A stretch of DNA of 64,000 bases from Chiloscyllium plagiosum. Taxonomy: Eukaryota. Below the pieces are notes generated by a model. The model saw only the letters and a program-made list of their open reading frames with translations. It did not search any database and was not told the origin of the DNA. The stretch spans positions 19,306,980 through 19,370,979 of the forward strand of contig NC_057711.1 in NCBI RefSeq assembly GCF_004010195.1, written 5' to 3'. The position numbers were made by a program, and so were the translations under genes. Position 1 is the stretch's first letter. Each line of letters starts with the position of its first letter. Of this stretch, positions 62,301 through 64,000 are shown one piece after another.

Positions 62301-62905
62301 CTCCTGTTCCCTGGATGCTGCCTGACCTGCTGTGCTGTTCCAGCAATAAAGTTTCAACTCTGTCCTCTACAGTCTGTTACCTATGACACACATCGAGACA
62401 ACATCGACTGAGACTGGATGACCATCAACTCGGTGAAAGATGATCTTTTGTGTGCCCGAAACTTGTTGGCCTCAAATGAGTGCTGCAGAATGGCACATGC
62501 CCAAGTCTACGATTACATACTGAGGGAAGCACTAAAGTTTGGAGCAGCTGCTGACAAGGTCAGCGCCTCAGGTCTTTCTGCCAAAGTCCAATGGGGGTCT
62601 GTTCAGTTATTAGACCTTATTGGTACATCAAATATAGGTAAATATAACCTTGTATAAGTAAGCAATGCTTTGCAACTTCAGGGAATGCTAAATTTCAATG
62701 TTTGCTTATTATTCATGTGCAAAGACTATACAGAAATGCTTCAGTAACTGAAGATGTACATCAATATTTTTAATGAATAAAATATATTTTTGTAATAAGA
62801 AAAATTACATTCCCCTCTGGTAAAATAGAGCAAACTTCACTTTCTGCTCTGATGAGACTCTCTGAAGGTCCATGAATAATCTGTGTTTCTTTTCAAATGA
62901 CTTAG

Positions 62906-63013
62906 GTTCCTCTGTATCAAACAGTGTACTCAGGATAGGAAAAGACCAGGAAGAGGCCCCAGCTGGACTGTCAACTGGTATTTGGTCATAACGAACTTTG
63001 GCAAAGAGAAGAG
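62906..63013 (+). CDS. Candidate 108-bp internal exon (phase 2-2) of an unidentified gene
   Basis: Acceptor ctgtgtttcttttcaaatgacttag, donor gag|gtatga. Only one frame is open: FLCIKQCTQDRKRPGRGPSWTVNWYLVITNFGKEK. Confidence 0.35.
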
Positions 63014-64000
63014 GTATGATCCAAAGTATGGTTCGGACATTTTCTTTCCGAACTTGCAACGCCTCACTGATATCAGGCAGAATTTTCAGGATAAGTGCTT
63101 TAAGATGAACATTTCACTCAGCTCAGCTCAGAGAATTATACAAGTGTACTTGCTCATTTCTGTACTAACACCAGCATCACTTGCTACCCAGCTCCACTCT
63201 TCCACATCCTGTCCCTTGCACAACTGGAGACAGAATAACAATAATTAATTCCACAAACTTGTTTCATAGTTCCAGTATTTGATGACAATCATTCTACACA
63301 GGCTTAGCTCTCCCAGATTTCAAAATACTTGCAGTGGTGGGAAGGAAAATTCCTAATTAACAGGAATTCTGAAGATGAGCTTATACCAATTATCATTCTG
63401 GTGAGTCTTTCTTTGATAAGTGGTGATTCATTTGAGAGCGCTTAGATGAAATGATGAATCTAATCTGAGGCTCATCAAAAAAATGTTGTTTCTCCAACAA
63501 TGTCTCAGACGAGCCACTTATTTCAAAGCCAACAGTTGGGTATTGAATCTGGTCATAAATCAACAGGGCCTCTGCTGTTCCTTGGAAGTGCAAACAGTTC
63601 TGGATGACAGAGCTCTCCCACCACCCAGTGAATTCAATTGACTCAATACCTTTTATGATTTACAGCCCATCCTTTTAATTAAGGAAAAGAAAACCAGTTT
63701 CACAGACTTGCCATACATTGCAGATGTTAACAATCTTTTTCAAAGTCCTATACTTGGAAAGTGGATTGTATTGTATCTACTTTATAGATGTAAAATTGGG
63801 ATGCAGTGGTCTTCTGTACTGGACGGTGGGTATCCCTTCACTCTTTACCCTGGATATCCATCCTTAATGCTCGAATCTTCGAACTGCGCAATTTATTTTT
63901 TGACCATGAAGTTGGTAATCTACAGAGTATGGTTCCAAAGCCAACTGAAATTGGGTCAAGCTATTTTAAGGCACTTTTTTGAGCACACTCTAGCCCCCAG

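Larger units (their letters stand above)
61921..62357 (-). mobile_element. PLE family A (second subfamily) long palindrome with two hammerhead motifs
   Basis: 15-bp TSD ctctgtcctctacag at 61906-61920 and 62358-62372. 35-nt tail 61921-61955, near-perfect arms of about 166 bp at 61956-62121 and 62193-62358. Confidence 0.92.
61440..62804 (+). mobile_element. Tx1-like (L1 clade) LINE 3' fragment
   Basis: ORF 61629-61898 IWQNASSPELSNKYQDVVWLVTRRAPPVRSFMY..ETVTNLLLEGVFAKELWR (degraded zf-RVT region), then 62418-62657 INSVKDDLLCARNLL. Ends aataaaatatatttttgtaataagaaaaa. Confidence 0.8.

Noticed and set aside
62849-62870. ctgatga motif outside the PLE elements
   Set aside because: It lacks a stem II followed by GAAA and NUH, so it is a chance match.

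Overview
Repeat-dense eukaryotic DNA, most likely from a cartilaginous fish (shark), judged from HE1-like tRNA-derived SINEs, CR1/HER1-like LINEs and Deu-domain SINEs. There is no intact, identifiable protein-coding gene. Nearly all long ORFs are broken CR1 or Tx1 ORF2 pieces, or mirror artefacts of palindromes. Three weak candidate exons suggest the window may be intronic. The main hidden structure is a set of about 14 short insertions in three sequence families (A, B, C) that look like non-autonomous ends of Penelope-like elements (PLEs). Most are asymmetric palindromes: an inverted arm, a forward arm and an unpaired tail of about 35-40 nt. Eight have clear 12-15 bp target-site duplications (TSDs). 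Each family carries a minimal type-I hammerhead ribozyme motif (CUGANGA-N-stem II-GAAA-palindromic ACGU/AGCU-NUH) that could only fold as a dimer. Several insertions keep mechanistic scars: variants shared by both arms, templated snippets at the junctions, and an inverted copy of DNA taken from about 700 bp away. Family names come from pattern recognition only, and the boundaries of old repeats are approximate.
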